The notes under the pieces: generated by a model | Database searches by the model: none | What the model was told of the DNA's origin: nothing | The model's input: the letters and a program-made list of their open reading frames with translations, nothing else | Shown here: one piece after another, positions 9,153 through 22,934 of the stretch | How the letters are laid out: each line of letters begins with the position of its first letter | Position numbering within the stretch: position 1 is the stretch's first letter | Assembly: GCA_963789395.1 (NCBI GenBank) | Contig: CAWBKP010000005.1 | Span: forward strand, 64,001-128,000 | DNA from: an uncultured delta proteobacterium | Lineage (GTDB): Bacteria > Desulfobacterota > Desulfobacteria > Desulfobacterales > Desulfatirhabdiaceae | Length of the DNA: 64,000 nt | Direction of reading: 5' to 3' | Made by a program: the position numbers and the translations under genes

Positions 9153-10172
9153 ATGAAATTACAAAAGTTATGGGTATGGGTATCCGTTGCTGTCATGGTC
9201 CTTGGCGCAGGCATTGCCACCGCAGGCACACTGGATGACGTCAAGGCCAAGGGATTTGTTCAGGTTGGCGTCAACGGCCAGTTGGCTGGATTCGGCATTC
9301 CCGATGAAAAAGGGGAATGGAAAGGGCTGGACGTGGATACCGGACGGGCAATTGCCGCGGCGGTATTCGGAGATGCCAAAAAAATCAAGTTTGTTCCGCT
9401 GACCGCCGTTCAGCGCTTTACGGCGCTTCAGTCCGGCGAAATCGATGTTCTGTGCCGTAACGCCACCATGACGCTGACCCGTGACACCTCCCTGGGTCTT
9501 GATTTTGCCCAGGTCAATTATTATGACGGACAGGGCTTTCTGGTTCCGAAAAAATTGAACATCAAAAGCGCCAAACAGCTGGATGGCGCAACGGTCTGCG
9601 TTCTTCCCGGAACGACCACCGAACAGAATGTCGCGGATTATTTCCGCTCCAAAAACATGAAAATGAAACCCGTTGTCATTGAAAACAACGCCGAACTGAA
9701 TAAAGCATTTTTTGCCGGCCGCTGCGACTGCCTGACATCGGATGCCTCACAGCTGGCCGGCGCCAGGTCCGTGGCGCCGAATCCTTCAGATTACATCATT
9801 TTACCTGAAATCATTTCCAAAGAACCCCTGGCGCCGGCTGTCCGTCATGGCGACAACCAGTGGAAAGATGTTGTCAACTGGACAGTTATGGCCATGATTG
9901 AAGCCGAGGAACTGGGCATTACCTCAAAAAATGTGGATGAAATGCTTAAAAGCACGAATCCTTCTGTTCAGCGGTTTTTGGGAGTCGTCCCCGGAAACGG
10001 GAAAGCCCTGGGGCTGGAAGAAAATTTTGCCTACAATATCGTCAAACAGGTCGGCAATTACGCCGAAGTGTTTGATCGCAATGTCGGCCCCAAAACGCCA
10101 TTGGCTCTGGAACGCGGCCTGAACGCGCTGTGGATTAACGGCGGGCTGATGTATTCATCCCCGTTCAAATAA
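9153..10172 (+). CDS. aapJ: General L-amino acid ABC transporter substrate-binding protein
   Basis: Signal peptide; RFTALQSGEIDVL, YYDGQGF, ISKEPLAPAVR, VGNYAEVFDRN. Confidence 0.95.
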   Translation: MKLQKLWVWVSVAVMVLGAGIATAGTLDDVKAKGFVQVGVNGQLAGFGIPDEKGEWKGLDVDTGRAIAAAVFGDAKKIKFVPLTAVQRFTALQSGEIDVLCRNATMTLTRDTSLGLDFAQVNYYDGQGFLVPKKLNIKSAKQLDGATVCVLPGTTTEQNVADYFRSKNMKMKPVVIENNAELNKAFFAGRCDCLTSDASQLAGARSVAPNPSDYIILPEIISKEPLAPAVRHGDNQWKDVVNWTVMAMIEAEELGITSKNVDEMLKSTNPSVQRFLGVVPGNGKALGLEENFAYNIVKQVGNYAEVFDRNVGPKTPLALERGLNALWINGGLMYSSPFK

Positions 10173-10196
10173 GAACGACCGAATTTTTACCGTCAT

Positions 10197-10232
10197 CTTC
10201 TTGTGCAGGGAGCGCACTCCCTGCACAAGAAG
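10197..10232 (+). repeat. Perfect 16-bp inverted repeat between aapJ and aapQ
   Basis: CTTCTTGTGCAGGGAG-cgca-CTCCCTGCACAAGAAG with no U-tract; probably an mRNA-stabilising hairpin. Confidence 0.85.
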
Positions 10233-10345
10233 CAACGGGATATTGCCCGAAATGATTACCGAGAAAGGATCCCTGGAAGCACAGGCTGCATTCAGGACAC
10301 CGGTGAATTCCAGAAATTTTCATTGACTGACTAAAACCCACTTTT

Positions 10346-11542
10346 ATGAATCTGGACACTTCCTTGCCATCCAAGAAAGAATCGGAAAATTCCATTCCTT
10401 TCTGGCATGACCCCGCCAAGAGAGCCATTGTGTATCAATTGGCAACCCTTGTCGTGGTCGGCCTCATCGGCTACTATCTTTTTTCCAATACCGTGACAAA
10501 CCTTCACCGGCAGTCCATTGCAACCGGTTTCCATTTTCTGGAAAAAGAAGCCTCTTTTGAGATCGGAGAGTCGCTGATCCGCTATTCCGCGGCCAGCACC
10601 TATGCCAGAGCCCTGCTCGTCGGCATCCTGAATACCCTTAAGGTTGCTTTTGTGGGAATTGTCCTGACGATCCTGCTGGGAACATTCGTGGGCGTTGCCA
10701 GGCTGTCCTCAAATTGGCTGGTTTCCAGGCTGGCCGCCGCTTACATTGAATTCTTCCAGGATATCCCCATACTGCTTCAACTGATCTTCTGGTATGCTGT
10801 TTTTTACGATTCGCTCCCCTCTCCCCGAAATGCGCTGGAGCCGCTTCCAGGCATGTTTCTCTGCAACAGGGGACTGGCCTTTGGCATCCCCGAGCCCCAC
10901 CCGGCATACAGATATATCGCCATTGCATTTCTGATTGGATGCTTGGGTGTATATTTTCTTCGAAAATGGGCAAGGAAAAGGCAGGATCGGACCGGACTGG
11001 CCTTTCCGGTGTTCAGTACGGGATCCGCTATGTTACTGGGATTTCCCCTGATCATCTGGCTTGTTTTCGGAGCCCCGACCGCCATGGACATGCCCCGGCT
11101 TTCCGGCTTCAATTTTACCGGCGGAATGAATGTCAGTCCGGAATTTACCGCGCTGCTTCTGGGACTGGTGCTTTATACCGCCGCTTTTGTGGCGGAAATC
11201 GTCCGGTCCGGGATTCAGGCGGTCAGCAAGGGGCAAACCGAGGCAGCCATGTCCCTGGGATTAAAACCCTGGCAAACCCTGAATCTTGTCATCCTTCCCC
11301 AGTCGCTTCGCATCATCGTTCCGCCTTTGACCAGCCAGATGCTCAATCTCACCAAAAACAGCTCCCTGGCCGTTGCCATCGGTTTTCCGGATTTTGTTTC
11401 CGTCGCCAACACCACCATTAATCAGACCGGACAGGCCATCGAGGGCGTTGCGCTGATCATGGTGGTATATCTTATTTTCAGTCTTGTCACCTCGGCATTC
11501 ATGAACTGGTACAATAAAAAAATCGCACTGGTCGAACGATGA
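10346..11542 (+). CDS. aapQ: Amino acid ABC transporter permease
   Basis: AEIVRSGIQAVSKGQTEAAMSLG (EAA loop), NLTKNSSLAVAIG. Confidence 0.95.
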   Translation: MNLDTSLPSKKESENSIPFWHDPAKRAIVYQLATLVVVGLIGYYLFSNTVTNLHRQSIATGFHFLEKEASFEIGESLIRYSAASTYARALLVGILNTLKVAFVGIVLTILLGTFVGVARLSSNWLVSRLAAAYIEFFQDIPILLQLIFWYAVFYDSLPSPRNALEPLPGMFLCNRGLAFGIPEPHPAYRYIAIAFLIGCLGVYFLRKWARKRQDRTGLAFPVFSTGSAMLLGFPLIIWLVFGAPTAMDMPRLSGFNFTGGMNVSPEFTALLLGLVLYTAAFVAEIVRSGIQAVSKGQTEAAMSLGLKPWQTLNLVILPQSLRIIVPPLTSQMLNLTKNSSLAVAIGFPDFVSVANTTINQTGQAIEGVALIMVVYLIFSLVTSAFMNWYNKKIALVER

Positions 11543-11578
11543 TTATTTACCTGGCGCCAAACCTGACACGGATCTCGA

Positions 11579-12683
11579 ATGATGCAGCATTCCAATACAA
11601 TCCCTGAATGGTCAGACAGACGACATCAAGCCTCCTTTAACCAGCATCGGGGTTATCGGATGGATGAAATCGAATCTGTTTAACGGCATTTTCAATTCGG
11701 TGCTGACCATTCTGACGCTTTTTTTCCTGTGGAAAATTCTTCCGCCACTGATCCGGTGGATTTTTGTAAACAGCCTGTGGACATCCACTGCCGCGGAATG
11801 CCGATCCGTGAACGGCGCCTGCTGGTCCATCATTTCAGCAAACTACCGCTTCATCCTGTTCGGGTTTTTCCCTCATGAACTGCAGTGGCGCCCCCTATTG
11901 GCCATGATTCTGCTGGTCAGCCTGCTGCTGATCAGCAGAAATCGGAAATTCTGGAAACGGCCCCTTTTCTATGCCTGGATCGCGGGTCTTTTGTGCCATG
12001 GCCGTCCTGATGAAAGGAGGGATTCTGGGACTTGCTCCGGTTGAAAGCACGCAGTGGGGGGGGCTTCCCCTGACCTTTCTTCTGGCGGTTTTCGGACTGA
12101 CCGCCGCCTATCCGCTGGGGGTTTTGCTGGCGCTTGGCAGAAGATCCAAAATGCCGGCCATAAAAATGCTCAGCATTATTTATATCGAAATGATCCGCGG
12201 GGTTCCCCTGATCAGCCTGCTCTTTATGTCGGCAGTCATTTTTCCGCTGTTTTTACCCGAAGGCATCACCATCAACAAGATTCTGCGGGCGCAGGTCGCC
12301 ATTATCATGTTTACGGCCGCCTACATCGCCGAAGTGGTTCGCGGCGGTCTTCAGGGAATCGCCAGGGGCCAGTATGAGGCGGCAGAATCCCTGGGGCTGA
12401 ATTATGTCCAGACCATGCGCCTGATCATTCTTCCCCAGGCCCTGAAAATCGTTATTCCGCCGTCTGTCAGCATCCTGATTTCCGCGTTCAAGGATACGTC
12501 CCTGGTGGTCATCATCGGCTTATATGATATTCTCAAAACAACACAGACCACATTGGCCAATCCGAACTGGATGGGATTTTCCACGGAAGCTTTTTTTTCC
12601 TGGCCTGCATTTATTTTATATGCTGTTATACCATGTCCAATTACAGCAGAAAGCTGGAAAAAGAACTGGAGACATCATTATGA
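11579..12683 (+). CDS. aapM: Amino acid ABC transporter permease (frameshifted)
   Basis: Fragments GACW, QWGGL, RGVPLISLLF, AEVVRGGLQ...GQYEAA; ends SRKLEKEL. Confidence 0.9.
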
Positions 12684-12832
12684 AACACATGCCATCGGCA
12701 GCAGTCCAGTGACTAGACAGATAGTATGAAATTGACCCATTAATTCATTCACATGTTTTGCTGAATGCCGGCATGGCAATTCATATTTGTTAGATTACGG
12801 AGCGTTCATGAATACAACCCCCTGCAACCGCT

Positions 12833-13582
12833 ATGAATCTGCCTGAATCCGGTGACGTCATAGAAATCATTGATATGCACAAATGGTATGGTGATTTTCA
12901 TGTCCTGCGGGGCATCAACCTGACCATACGAAAGGGAGAGCGGATCGTCATCTGCGGTCCGTCGGGTTCAGGCAAATCCACGCTGATCCGCTGCATCAAC
13001 CGGCTGGAAGAGCATCAGCGGGGGAAAATTATTGTGGACGGCACGGAGCTGACCAGCGATATTAAAAATATTGAAAAGATACGGACTGAAGTGGGCATGG
13101 TTTTTCAGCATTTCAATTTGTTTCCCCACCTGACCATTCTGGAAAACCTGACCCTGGGTCCTATTTGGGTACGAAAAATCCCCAGAATCGAAGCAGAAAA
13201 AACAGCCATGTATTATCTGGAAAAAGTCCATATCGCGGAACAGGCCAGAAAATTTCCGGGACAGCTTTCCGGAGGTCAGCAGCAGCGCGTGGCCATTGCC
13301 AGAAGTCTTTGCATGAAACCCAATATCATGCTGTTTGATGAACCCACCTCCGCCCTGGACCCTGAAATGGTCAAGGAAGTTCTGGATGTCATGATCAGCC
13401 TGGCCCAGGAAGGGATGACCATGATCGTGGTATCCCATGAAATGGGTTTTGCCAAAAGCGTCGCGCACCGGGTACTCTTCATGGATTTTGGCCAGATTGT
13501 GGAATCCAACACCCCGGAAGCGTTTTTTGAAAATCCGCAAAATGACCGCACCAAACTGTTTCTCAGTCAGATTCTGCACTGA
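12833..13582 (+). CDS. aapP: Amino acid ABC transporter ATP-binding protein
   Basis: [28 protein letters not shown]. Confidence 0.95.
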   Translation: MNLPESGDVIEIIDMHKWYGDFHVLRGINLTIRKGERIVICGPSGSGKSTLIRCINRLEEHQRGKIIVDGTELTSDIKNIEKIRTEVGMVFQHFNLFPHLTILENLTLGPIWVRKIPRIEAEKTAMYYLEKVHIAEQARKFPGQLSGGQQQRVAIARSLCMKPNIMLFDEPTSALDPEMVKEVLDVMISLAQEGMTMIVVSHEMGFAKSVAHRVLFMDFGQIVESNTPEAFFENPQNDRTKLFLSQILH

Positions 13583-13687
13583 CCCTTGTCTGATTGCTTC
13601 AGACCAAGATTTGGGCTATCATACGCTTGCATTGCTGGTAGAAGGTGGGCCACCACCTCATGTCTGCAATTAATTTAAAGGATTTCA

Positions 13688-14694
13688 ATGGCATTAAACT
13701 GGTTCAAGAAAAACAAGGACACTGAAGATTCGCTTTTGCCGGAGAAGGATAAAACTGCTCCATCGCCGCCGGCTGTCCCGTTGCCTTCCCGCGGCCTGTT
13801 TCAGAGACTCAAAGACGGTCTTTCGAGAACCCGTCAGGTTCTGACCACGGACATCGACAAATTGTTTATCGGAAAGCGTCAGATAGATGATGCACTGCTG
13901 GAAGAATTGGAAGAGATTCTGATTACCGCAGATATCGGGGTCAAAACCACAACCGATTTGATTCAGCGCATATCCGTAAAATTTTCTTCAGAGAAACTGG
14001 ATTCCGACGGATTCAAAAATGCCCTCAAGCAGGAAATACTGGAATTATTGAATGTACAGGCACTGTTCCGGATACGGTTTCCAAGCCCCTTGTCATCATG
14101 GTCGTCGGGGTCAACGGCGTTGGAAAAACCACCACCATCGGCAAACTGGCCGCACAGTTTGCCGCATGACGGGAAAAAAGTATTGATTGCCGCCGCTGAT
14201 ACTTTCAGGGCTGCTGCCGTTGAACAATTGACCATATGGGCGGAGCGTTCCGGTGCTGAAATTGTCAGGCATAAATCCAATGCGGATCCCGCGGCTGTTG
14301 CCTTTGACGGCGTTGAAGCCGCAATGGCTCGAGATATGGACGTGGTTATCATTGATACAGCCGGAAGGCTGCATACGCGCATCAACCTGATGGAGGAACT
14401 GAAAAAAATCAGAAGATCCGTTTCCAAAAGAAATCCCGGATGCACCGCATGAAACGCTTCTTGATCCTGGATGCGACAACCGGACAAAATGCCATTTCAC
14501 AAGCACGATTGTTTCATGAATCCATCGGGGTGACTGCGCTGGCGCTTACCAAACTGGATGGAACCGCAAAAGGCGGAATCGTGGTCAGTATCTGTCATGA
14601 TCTGAAACTTCCGTTGAAATATATCGGGATTGGGGAAAATATTGAGGATCTTCAGTTGTTTAATTCCGAAGAATTTGTGAATGCCTTATTTTAA
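13688..14694 (+). CDS. ftsY: Signal recognition particle receptor FtsY (frameshifted)
   Basis: GVNGVGKTTTIGKL (alternate frame), DTFRAAA, DTAGRLH, DATTGQN, TKLDGTAKGG. Confidence 0.95.
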
Positions 14695-14871
14695 GTGCAT
14701 TGTCCTGAATCCGCAGATTTTTTATTGAAATATCGATTTTTTTTACATTTTGAAGTCATTAACTGTTGACAAACAACGATTTTCTGTTGACATCGCCTGC
14801 AGTGTTCTGTAAACACTGCAAATAATCAGGTTCATGAACTACAAACAATCTAAAATGGGGGGCAAGAAGCA

Positions 14872-15147
14872 ATGACAAAATCAGATTTGGTTGACAAGAT
14901 GGCTCTGGATGCGGGAATTACCAAGGCTGCCGCTGGCGCAGCACTCAATTCCTTCATGGACGGGATCGGCAAGGCGCTTAAGGACAAAAAAGATGGCAAG
15001 GTAACGCTGGTGGGTTTTGGAACATTTTTGAAAACCACACGCAAAGCCCGCAAAGGTCGCAATCCCCGAACCGGAGAAGCCATTAAAATCAAAAAGAGCA
15101 ATGTGGTCAAGTTCCGCCCCGGAAAAAAACTCAAGGATGGGATATAA
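14872..15147 (+). CDS. hup: DNA-binding protein HU
   Basis: MTKSDLV, VGFGTF, RKARKGRNPRTGE, KFRPGKKLKD. Confidence 0.95.
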   Translation: MTKSDLVDKMALDAGITKAAAGAALNSFMDGIGKALKDKKDGKVTLVGFGTFLKTTRKARKGRNPRTGEAIKIKKSNVVKFRPGKKLKDGI

Positions 15148-15233
15148 TACCGACTAATTCTTTATTGAATCATTCACCGCAGGAACTGCTGCATCCCCTG
15201 TAACCTCACAAAGCCTGCGGTGAAATCAATCTT

Positions 15234-15516
15234 CTAAAAGACAATATCAAACCGATCGAAGTCGCCCATGTAGGTTTCCCACGTCACATCCACATGGTGA
15301 ACCCTTGAAAAGGGTGAGCCCTGCCGGCACCATTCCAGCATGGCCTTCACAGAGGGCTCATCTCCTTCAAACAACGCTTCTACCGACCCGTCCGGTCGGT
15401 TTCTGACCCATCCCAGCACATTTCTTTGCTTGGCGGCAGCGCTGGGTTTCCGCCCTGAAATATACGCCCTGAACCTTTCCGGTAATCACCACCTTTGCTC
15501 TGACCTGTTTTGTCAT
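15234..15516 (-). CDS. acyP: Acylphosphatase (frameshifted)
   Basis: GKVQGVYFR followed by GWVRNRPDGSVEA. Confidence 0.9.
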
Positions 15517-15613
15517 AACCCATCCTTAAATTGCAGGGAATCTGAAATGCCAGAAGAACGCTTTCGCTATGGCAGAAGAAAAGAAAACACAGCAGCCTGC
15601 CCACATGCGGATT

Positions 15614-17699
<2,086 letters not shown>

Positions 17700-17722
17700 G
17701 ATTTTCAGATCCCAAAGCCGGA

Positions 17723-18430
17723 CTAAAGCCCCAGATAGGCTTTCTTGACGGCTTCATTGCTCAGAAGGTTCGGGGCGGAATCGCACATCGTGATGGCGCC
17801 GTTTTCCATGACATAGCCCCTGTGAGCCACTTTAAGGGCCAGATTGGCATTCTGCTCCACCAAAAAAATGGTGGTGTTGTTTTCCGCATTGATTTTCTTG
17901 ATAATTTCAAAAATCTGGCGAACAATCAGGGGCGCAAGCCCCAGAGAGGGTTCATCCAGCAGCAGCAGCTTCGGTCTGGCCATCAGCGCCCGGGATATGG
18001 CCAGCATCTGCTGCTCGCCGCCGCTGAGCGTTCCGCCTGCCTGATGCCTTCTTTTGGAAAGAATCGGAAACAAGTCCCAGATATAGGAGAGATCTTTTCG
18101 AATATTGTCCTTGTCTTTCCGTAAAAAAGTGCCCATATCGAGGTTTTCCGCAACCGTCAGATAGGGGAATATCCTGCGACCTTCCGGAACCTGACTGATT
18201 CCCAGAAAGACAATCTTTTCCGGGCTCATTCCGTGAATGGGCTTTCCCTTGAAGACGATTTCTCCCTGCCTCGGCGGAACAAGTCCGGAAATGGACATCA
18301 GGGTGGTGGTTTTGCCGGCGCCGTTTGCACCGATCAAGGTAATGATTTCCCCTTCGGCAACCTCCATGCTGATGTTCTTCAGGGCCTGAATATTGCCGTA
18401 ATACGTTGAAACGCCATTTACCCTAAGCAT
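17723..18430 (-). CDS. livF: Branched-chain amino acid ABC transporter ATPase
   Basis: GANGAGKTT, VPEGRRIF, LSGGEQQMLA, DEPSLGLAP. Confidence 0.95.
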   Translation of the reverse strand: MLRVNGVSTYYGNIQALKNISMEVAEGEIITLIGANGAGKTTTLMSISGLVPPRQGEIVFKGKPIHGMSPEKIVFLGISQVPEGRRIFPYLTVAENLDMGTFLRKDKDNIRKDLSYIWDLFPILSKRRHQAGGTLSGGEQQMLAISRALMARPKLLLLDEPSLGLAPLIVRQIFEIIKKINAENNTTIFLVEQNANLALKVAHRGYVMENGAITMCDSAPNLLSNEAVKKAYLGL

Positions 18431-19223
18431 CAATTTCTTCTCCAAGATAAGCCTTGATCACCACGGGATTGTTGCGGATTTCTTCAGGGGTTCCCTGTGC
18501 GATCTTCTTTCCATAATCCATGACAAATATCCGGTCCGATAAACTCATGACGAGTTTCATGTCATGTTCAATCAACAGAATGGAAACCCCTTCCTCATCC
18601 CGAATCCGCGTGATCAGATCGTCCAGTTCAAGCGTTTCCTGGGGATTCATTCCTGCCGCCGGTTCATCCAGGAGAATCAAGAAAGGTTCCGTGGCCAGAG
18701 CCCTGGCGATTTCAAGGCGCCGCTGCGCGCCATAAGGAAGATTCTTGGCCTGATCATTGACATACCTGGCAAGCCCGATTTTTTCCAGAATCCGGTAGCT
18801 GTCATCCACAACAGCCTGTTCTTCCCTGACCATGGCCCGGTTGCGGAATATGGCGCCGGCCACCCCGGAATGGGTCCGGCAGTGCCTGCCGATCATCACA
18901 TTTTCCAGAACCGTCATGTTCGGAAACAGACGGATGTTCTGAAACGTGCGGGCCATGCCTTTTTCGGTTACCTGGTTGGGCTTTAATCCGTTGATCCGTT
19001 CGCGTTTTTGCGCACCTGCGGCCCTGGGGGAAGAAATGAGAATATCCCCTTCGGTTGGCGAATAAATACCGGTAATGCAGTTGAAAAAAGTGGTTTTGCC
19101 GGCCCCGTTGGGACCGATCAGCGCAACGATTTCACCCCTTCGGATATCGATGTTCAGATGATCCAGGGCACGAAGTCCGCCAAAATCCATCGTCAGGTTG
19201 TTTACTTCAAGTATGGTTTCCAT
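18423..19223 (-). CDS. livG: Branched-chain amino acid ABC transporter ATPase
   Basis: GPNGAGKTT, ARTFQNIRLF, LPYGAQRRLEIARA, IEHDM. Confidence 0.95.
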   Translation of the reverse strand: METILEVNNLTMDFGGLRALDHLNIDIRRGEIVALIGPNGAGKTTFFNCITGIYSPTEGDILISSPRAAGAQKRERINGLKPNQVTEKGMARTFQNIRLFPNMTVLENVMIGRHCRTHSGVAGAIFRNRAMVREEQAVVDDSYRILEKIGLARYVNDQAKNLPYGAQRRLEIARALATEPFLILLDEPAAGMNPQETLELDDLITRIRDEEGVSILLIEHDMKLVMSLSDRIFVMDYGKKIAQGTPEEIRNNPVVIKAYLGEEIDA

Positions 19224-19249
19224 CAGCCTATCATTAAGGTAGTCATCAG

Positions 19250-20535
19250 TCAGAAGTGGAAAGCGACACGGAAACCGGTGTCCGATCTTCCATCCGTTTT
19301 CTTGACTGGAGCATGCGCATCAAGGATGTTATCGGGCTGGAACTTATAACTTCGGCGAACATTGGCGACGATCCCCTGAGGGCGAAAAACCATCATCAGG
19401 ACCATGATGGCCCCGAAAATCAGCATTCTGTATTCGGAAAACGCCCTGAGGTATTCGGGAAGAAGGATCAGGATCAGGGCCGCGATGGCAACGCCGACAA
19501 TGGAGCCCATTCCCCCCAGAACGACAATGGCCAGTATCATCGCCGATTCCAGAAAAGTGAAACTGGCAGGATTGATAAACGTTGTTTTGGCGGCAAAGAT
19601 GACCCCAACCATTCCGGCCCAGGTGGCGCCAAGGGCAAAAGCCGTCAGCTTGGTCCGGGTTTTATCGATTCCCATGGCCTGACAGGCCACTTCGTCCTCT
19701 CTTAAGGCGATCCATGCGCGCCCGATTCGGGAATTCTGCAACCGGTTGACAACAAAAATGGTAAACAGGACCATGCCGATCATCACAAAATACAAATAGA
19801 TGATGGAACTGGAAAGAGACAGTTGAATGCCGAACAGGGAAGGCCTGGAAATATGGGCAATGCCGCTGGGTCCGAATGAAAATTCGTTCCAGTTTTCCAG
19901 AATCAGGCGAATGATTTCTCCAAAACCAAGGGTGACGATGGCCAGGTAATCCCCCCGCAGGCGCAATACCGGAAAGCCCAGAAGAATCCCGAAAAAAGCC
20001 CCCATCACCGCACCCATCGGCAGCACGATCCAGAACCCCAATCCGAAATGGTGATTCAAAAGGCCATAGGTGTAAGCGCCGACCGCATAAAAGGCGACAT
20101 ATCCCAGATCCAGAAGTCCGGCAAGCCCGACAACGATATTCAGCCCCAGCCCCAGCACGATGTACATGAGCGCCGTGATCATGATATTGGTCTGATAGGT
20201 ATCCATCACAAAAGGAAAGATCACCACAAAACCGATGCCGGCAACAAAAGCCGGAATGGCGTATCTGCGATCTGACAGGATCCGCTGGAAAAACGATGGC
20301 GCGTCTGCGCTGCCGGTACTCGCCATCTTTTTTTCCGATTTCTTTTCGCCAGAGCAGATACCGCCAGACAAAAGAAAGCAGAAAGCTTCCGATGCCGACA
20401 TAAACCATGTTTTCCCACCGCCACAGCACCAGCTTTTCCGTGGTATTGACCCGAATGACCATGATCGGAAAGGTCAGAAACATGAACCAGAGAGACACCA
20501 GAAGCCGATTTTTTTATTTCAGATAAAGTTGGCAT
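19250..20535 (-). CDS. livM: Branched-chain amino acid ABC permease (frameshifts near the 5' end)
   Basis: GLNIVVGLAGLLDLGY, LRLRGDYLAIVTLGFGE, ALREDE, FRPQG. Confidence 0.93.
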
Positions 20536-20600
20536 AATATTATGATAGATTGAGCGGTTCAGGGATTGAAACGATAATCAAATTCACCAATTCCTGGATC

Positions 20601-21503
20601 CTAAACTTTTTGCGTGGTTGATCTTCCCAGAAGCCCCGCAGGTCTGAAAATCAGAATCAAAACCAGCAGCGCAAACGCAAAAACATCTTCATAGTCACTG
20701 GACACATAGCCGGTTGCAAAGCTTTCGGTCAGACCCAGAATCAGACTGCCCAGCACCGCGCCGGGAATGCTTCCGATGCCTCCCAGAACCGCTGCGGTAA
20801 ATGCCTTGATTCCCGCAATAAAGCCGATGAAAAAATTGATCTGTCCGATGTGGGATGCAATCAATACGCCGCCAACCGCTGCCAGGGCAGATCCGATGAC
20901 AAACGTCATGGAAATCACCTGATTGACATTGACGCCGACCAGCATGGCCATGCTGCGGTCCTGGGCCGTTGCCCGCATGGCCTTTCCGATTCTGGTATAT
21001 TTGATCAGCAGCGTCAGCAGCACCATGATAACCGTGGTTGTAAGCAGGATGACAAGTTGCGTGGATCGAAGGATGTGGGAATAGGGTTCCCAGAATTCAA
21101 AATCAGGAATCAGGCTGGGAAACGGCAGAAAATCCGATGTCTGGGCAAGAAGAACATAGTTTTGAAGAAAAATGGACATCCCGATGGCGCTGATCAGGGG
21201 AGAGAGACGCGGGGCATGGCGAAGGGGTTTATAGGCGATTTTTTCAACCGTATACCCGTAAGCCGCGGCATACACCGCTGCCGCAATCGAGGCCAGAACC
21301 AGAATCGCAAATTGATTCAATCCCATGACCGTCAGAACGCTGGCCACGATGAGTGCCGTGAAAGCACCGATCATGTAGATTTCGCCGTGGGCAAAATTGA
21401 TGAGTTCGATGATTCCATAGACCATGGTATAGCCAAGGGCGATCAGCGCGTAAATGCTGCCACGCGTCAGGCCGCCCAGAAAAAGCTCAAAGAAATATTC
21501 CAT
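20601..21503 (-). CDS. livH: Branched-chain amino acid ABC permease
   Basis: YALIALGYTMVYG, INFAHGE, GKAMRATAQD, KAFTAAVLGGIG. Confidence 0.95.
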   Translation of the reverse strand: MEYFFELFLGGLTRGSIYALIALGYTMVYGIIELINFAHGEIYMIGAFTALIVASVLTVMGLNQFAILVLASIAAAVYAAAYGYTVEKIAYKPLRHAPRLSPLISAIGMSIFLQNYVLLAQTSDFLPFPSLIPDFEFWEPYSHILRSTQLVILLTTTVIMVLLTLLIKYTRIGKAMRATAQDRSMAMLVGVNVNQVISMTFVIGSALAAVGGVLIASHIGQINFFIGFIAGIKAFTAAVLGGIGSIPGAVLGSLILGLTESFATGYVSSDYEDVFAFALLVLILIFRPAGLLGRSTTQKV

Positions 21504-21563
21504 TGATATTCAGCCTGCTCCCTGTTGAACCGGCACCGAAAAACCATTCACCTGGACATGGGT

Positions 21564-21602
21564 AAAAAACAGGGGGCAGGTATCGGCCGTACCTGTCCCC
21601 TG
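21564..21602 (-). terminator. Hairpin plus U-tract between livJ and livH
   Basis: Minus strand reads CAGGGGACAGGTA-cggccga-TACCTGCCCCCTG-TTTTTT. Confidence 0.7.
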
Positions 21603-21624
21603 AGATATTCAACAATTCAGATGG

Positions 21625-22761
21625 TTATTTCTTCAACTCAACATATTTTCCGTCCTTGACCTGATAAATCGAGAATCCCACGCCGATGGCATCCCCGCGA
21701 TCGTCAAATTTGATTTTTCCGAGCGGCGTATCCACATAATCGGTCCGCAGGGCCTTGACGATGGCATCGTAATCGGTCGATCCTGCTTTCTGAATGGCGT
21801 TCAAAAGCGCCTGAGTGGCTGCATATCCATTGATGGAAAACACGCCCACATCTTCGCCGTATGCTTTTTTATAGGCTTCTTTTACAGCTTTATCCATCGG
21901 ATTGCTTGAGGTGTCTTTGGGGCCGGTTGCATAGACGCCTTCTGCATATTTCCCGGCAACTTTGATAAAGGTTTCGTCCTTAACACCGTCATCAGAAATA
22001 AAAACCGTTTTCATCTTGCTTTTTCGCATCTCGCTGACAATTTTTGAGGCTTCCGGGTGATATCCGCCGAAAATAACCGCTTCAGCACCGCTTCTCTTGA
22101 TCTTGTTGACAACTGAAGAATAATCCACAGCTCCGGGGGTTATCCCCTCGAAAAGGACAACCTGGCCTTTTCCGGATTTTTCAATGAATGTTTTTGCATA
22201 TTCAGCCAGACCTTTTCCATAATCGCCTTTATCATGAAGCACGGCAATTTTTTTGAGCTTCAGGGTATCCAGGGCAAAATCGACTTCCAGCTTGGCCTGG
22301 GCATCATCGGAGGCGATGGTCCGGAAAAAATTGGGGTATTTTCCGCTCTGGGTAAGGTCCGGATTCGTAGCAGAAGCTGAAATGGCAACAATCTTGGCGT
22401 CTTTATAAATATCCAGAGCCGCTTTTGTCGCACCGCTGCAGACATGACCCACAACCGCAACCACGCCATCGGATACCAGCTTGGTTGCCGTATTGGTGGC
22501 CACTTCCGGCTTACACACATCATCTTCTGCAATGACTTCAACCTGTTTTCCCAGGATTCCGCCCTTGGCATTCACATCCTCGACCACCAGCTTGGCTGCC
22601 TTGACAATCGGCAGTCCATAAGAGGCCAGATCCCCGCTGTGAGCGCCGCCAATACCGATTTTGATGGTATCGGCTGCAACGCCGGACCCTGTAAATGCCA
22701 GCACCATCAGCCCTGCAACGATGGCGGTAATGAGCCGCTTATTCATGGAATTTTTCTTCAT
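21625..22761 (-). CDS. livJ: Branched-chain amino acid ABC substrate-binding protein (LivJ/LivK family)
   Basis: Signal peptide; DDVCKP, VGHVCSG, FFRT, HDKGDYGKGLA, FGGYHPE. Confidence 0.92.
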   Translation of the reverse strand: MKKNSMNKRLITAIVAGLMVLAFTGSGVAADTIKIGIGGAHSGDLASYGLPIVKAAKLVVEDVNAKGGILGKQVEVIAEDDVCKPEVATNTATKLVSDGVVAVVGHVCSGATKAALDIYKDAKIVAISASATNPDLTQSGKYPNFFRTIASDDAQAKLEVDFALDTLKLKKIAVLHDKGDYGKGLAEYAKTFIEKSGKGQVVLFEGITPGAVDYSSVVNKIKRSGAEAVIFGGYHPEASKIVSEMRKSKMKTVFISDDGVKDETFIKVAGKYAEGVYATGPKDTSSNPMDKAVKEAYKKAYGEDVGVFSINGYAATQALLNAIQKAGSTDYDAIVKALRTDYVDTPLGKIKFDDRGDAIGVGFSIYQVKDGKYVELKK

Positions 22762-22934
22762 AACCCCTGTCCTCCTTTTTAAATTGTTATGATATTAAAT
22801 ACTTCACTATGAATTTCTTATAATAAAAACCGTCGAAATGAGTCAAGACAAAAGAATTTGCTTTTTGGCTTGGAATTCATTAAAATCTTATGAAAATCAT
22901 GATGGATATTTTAGGTGAATCAACTCAGAGGCCA

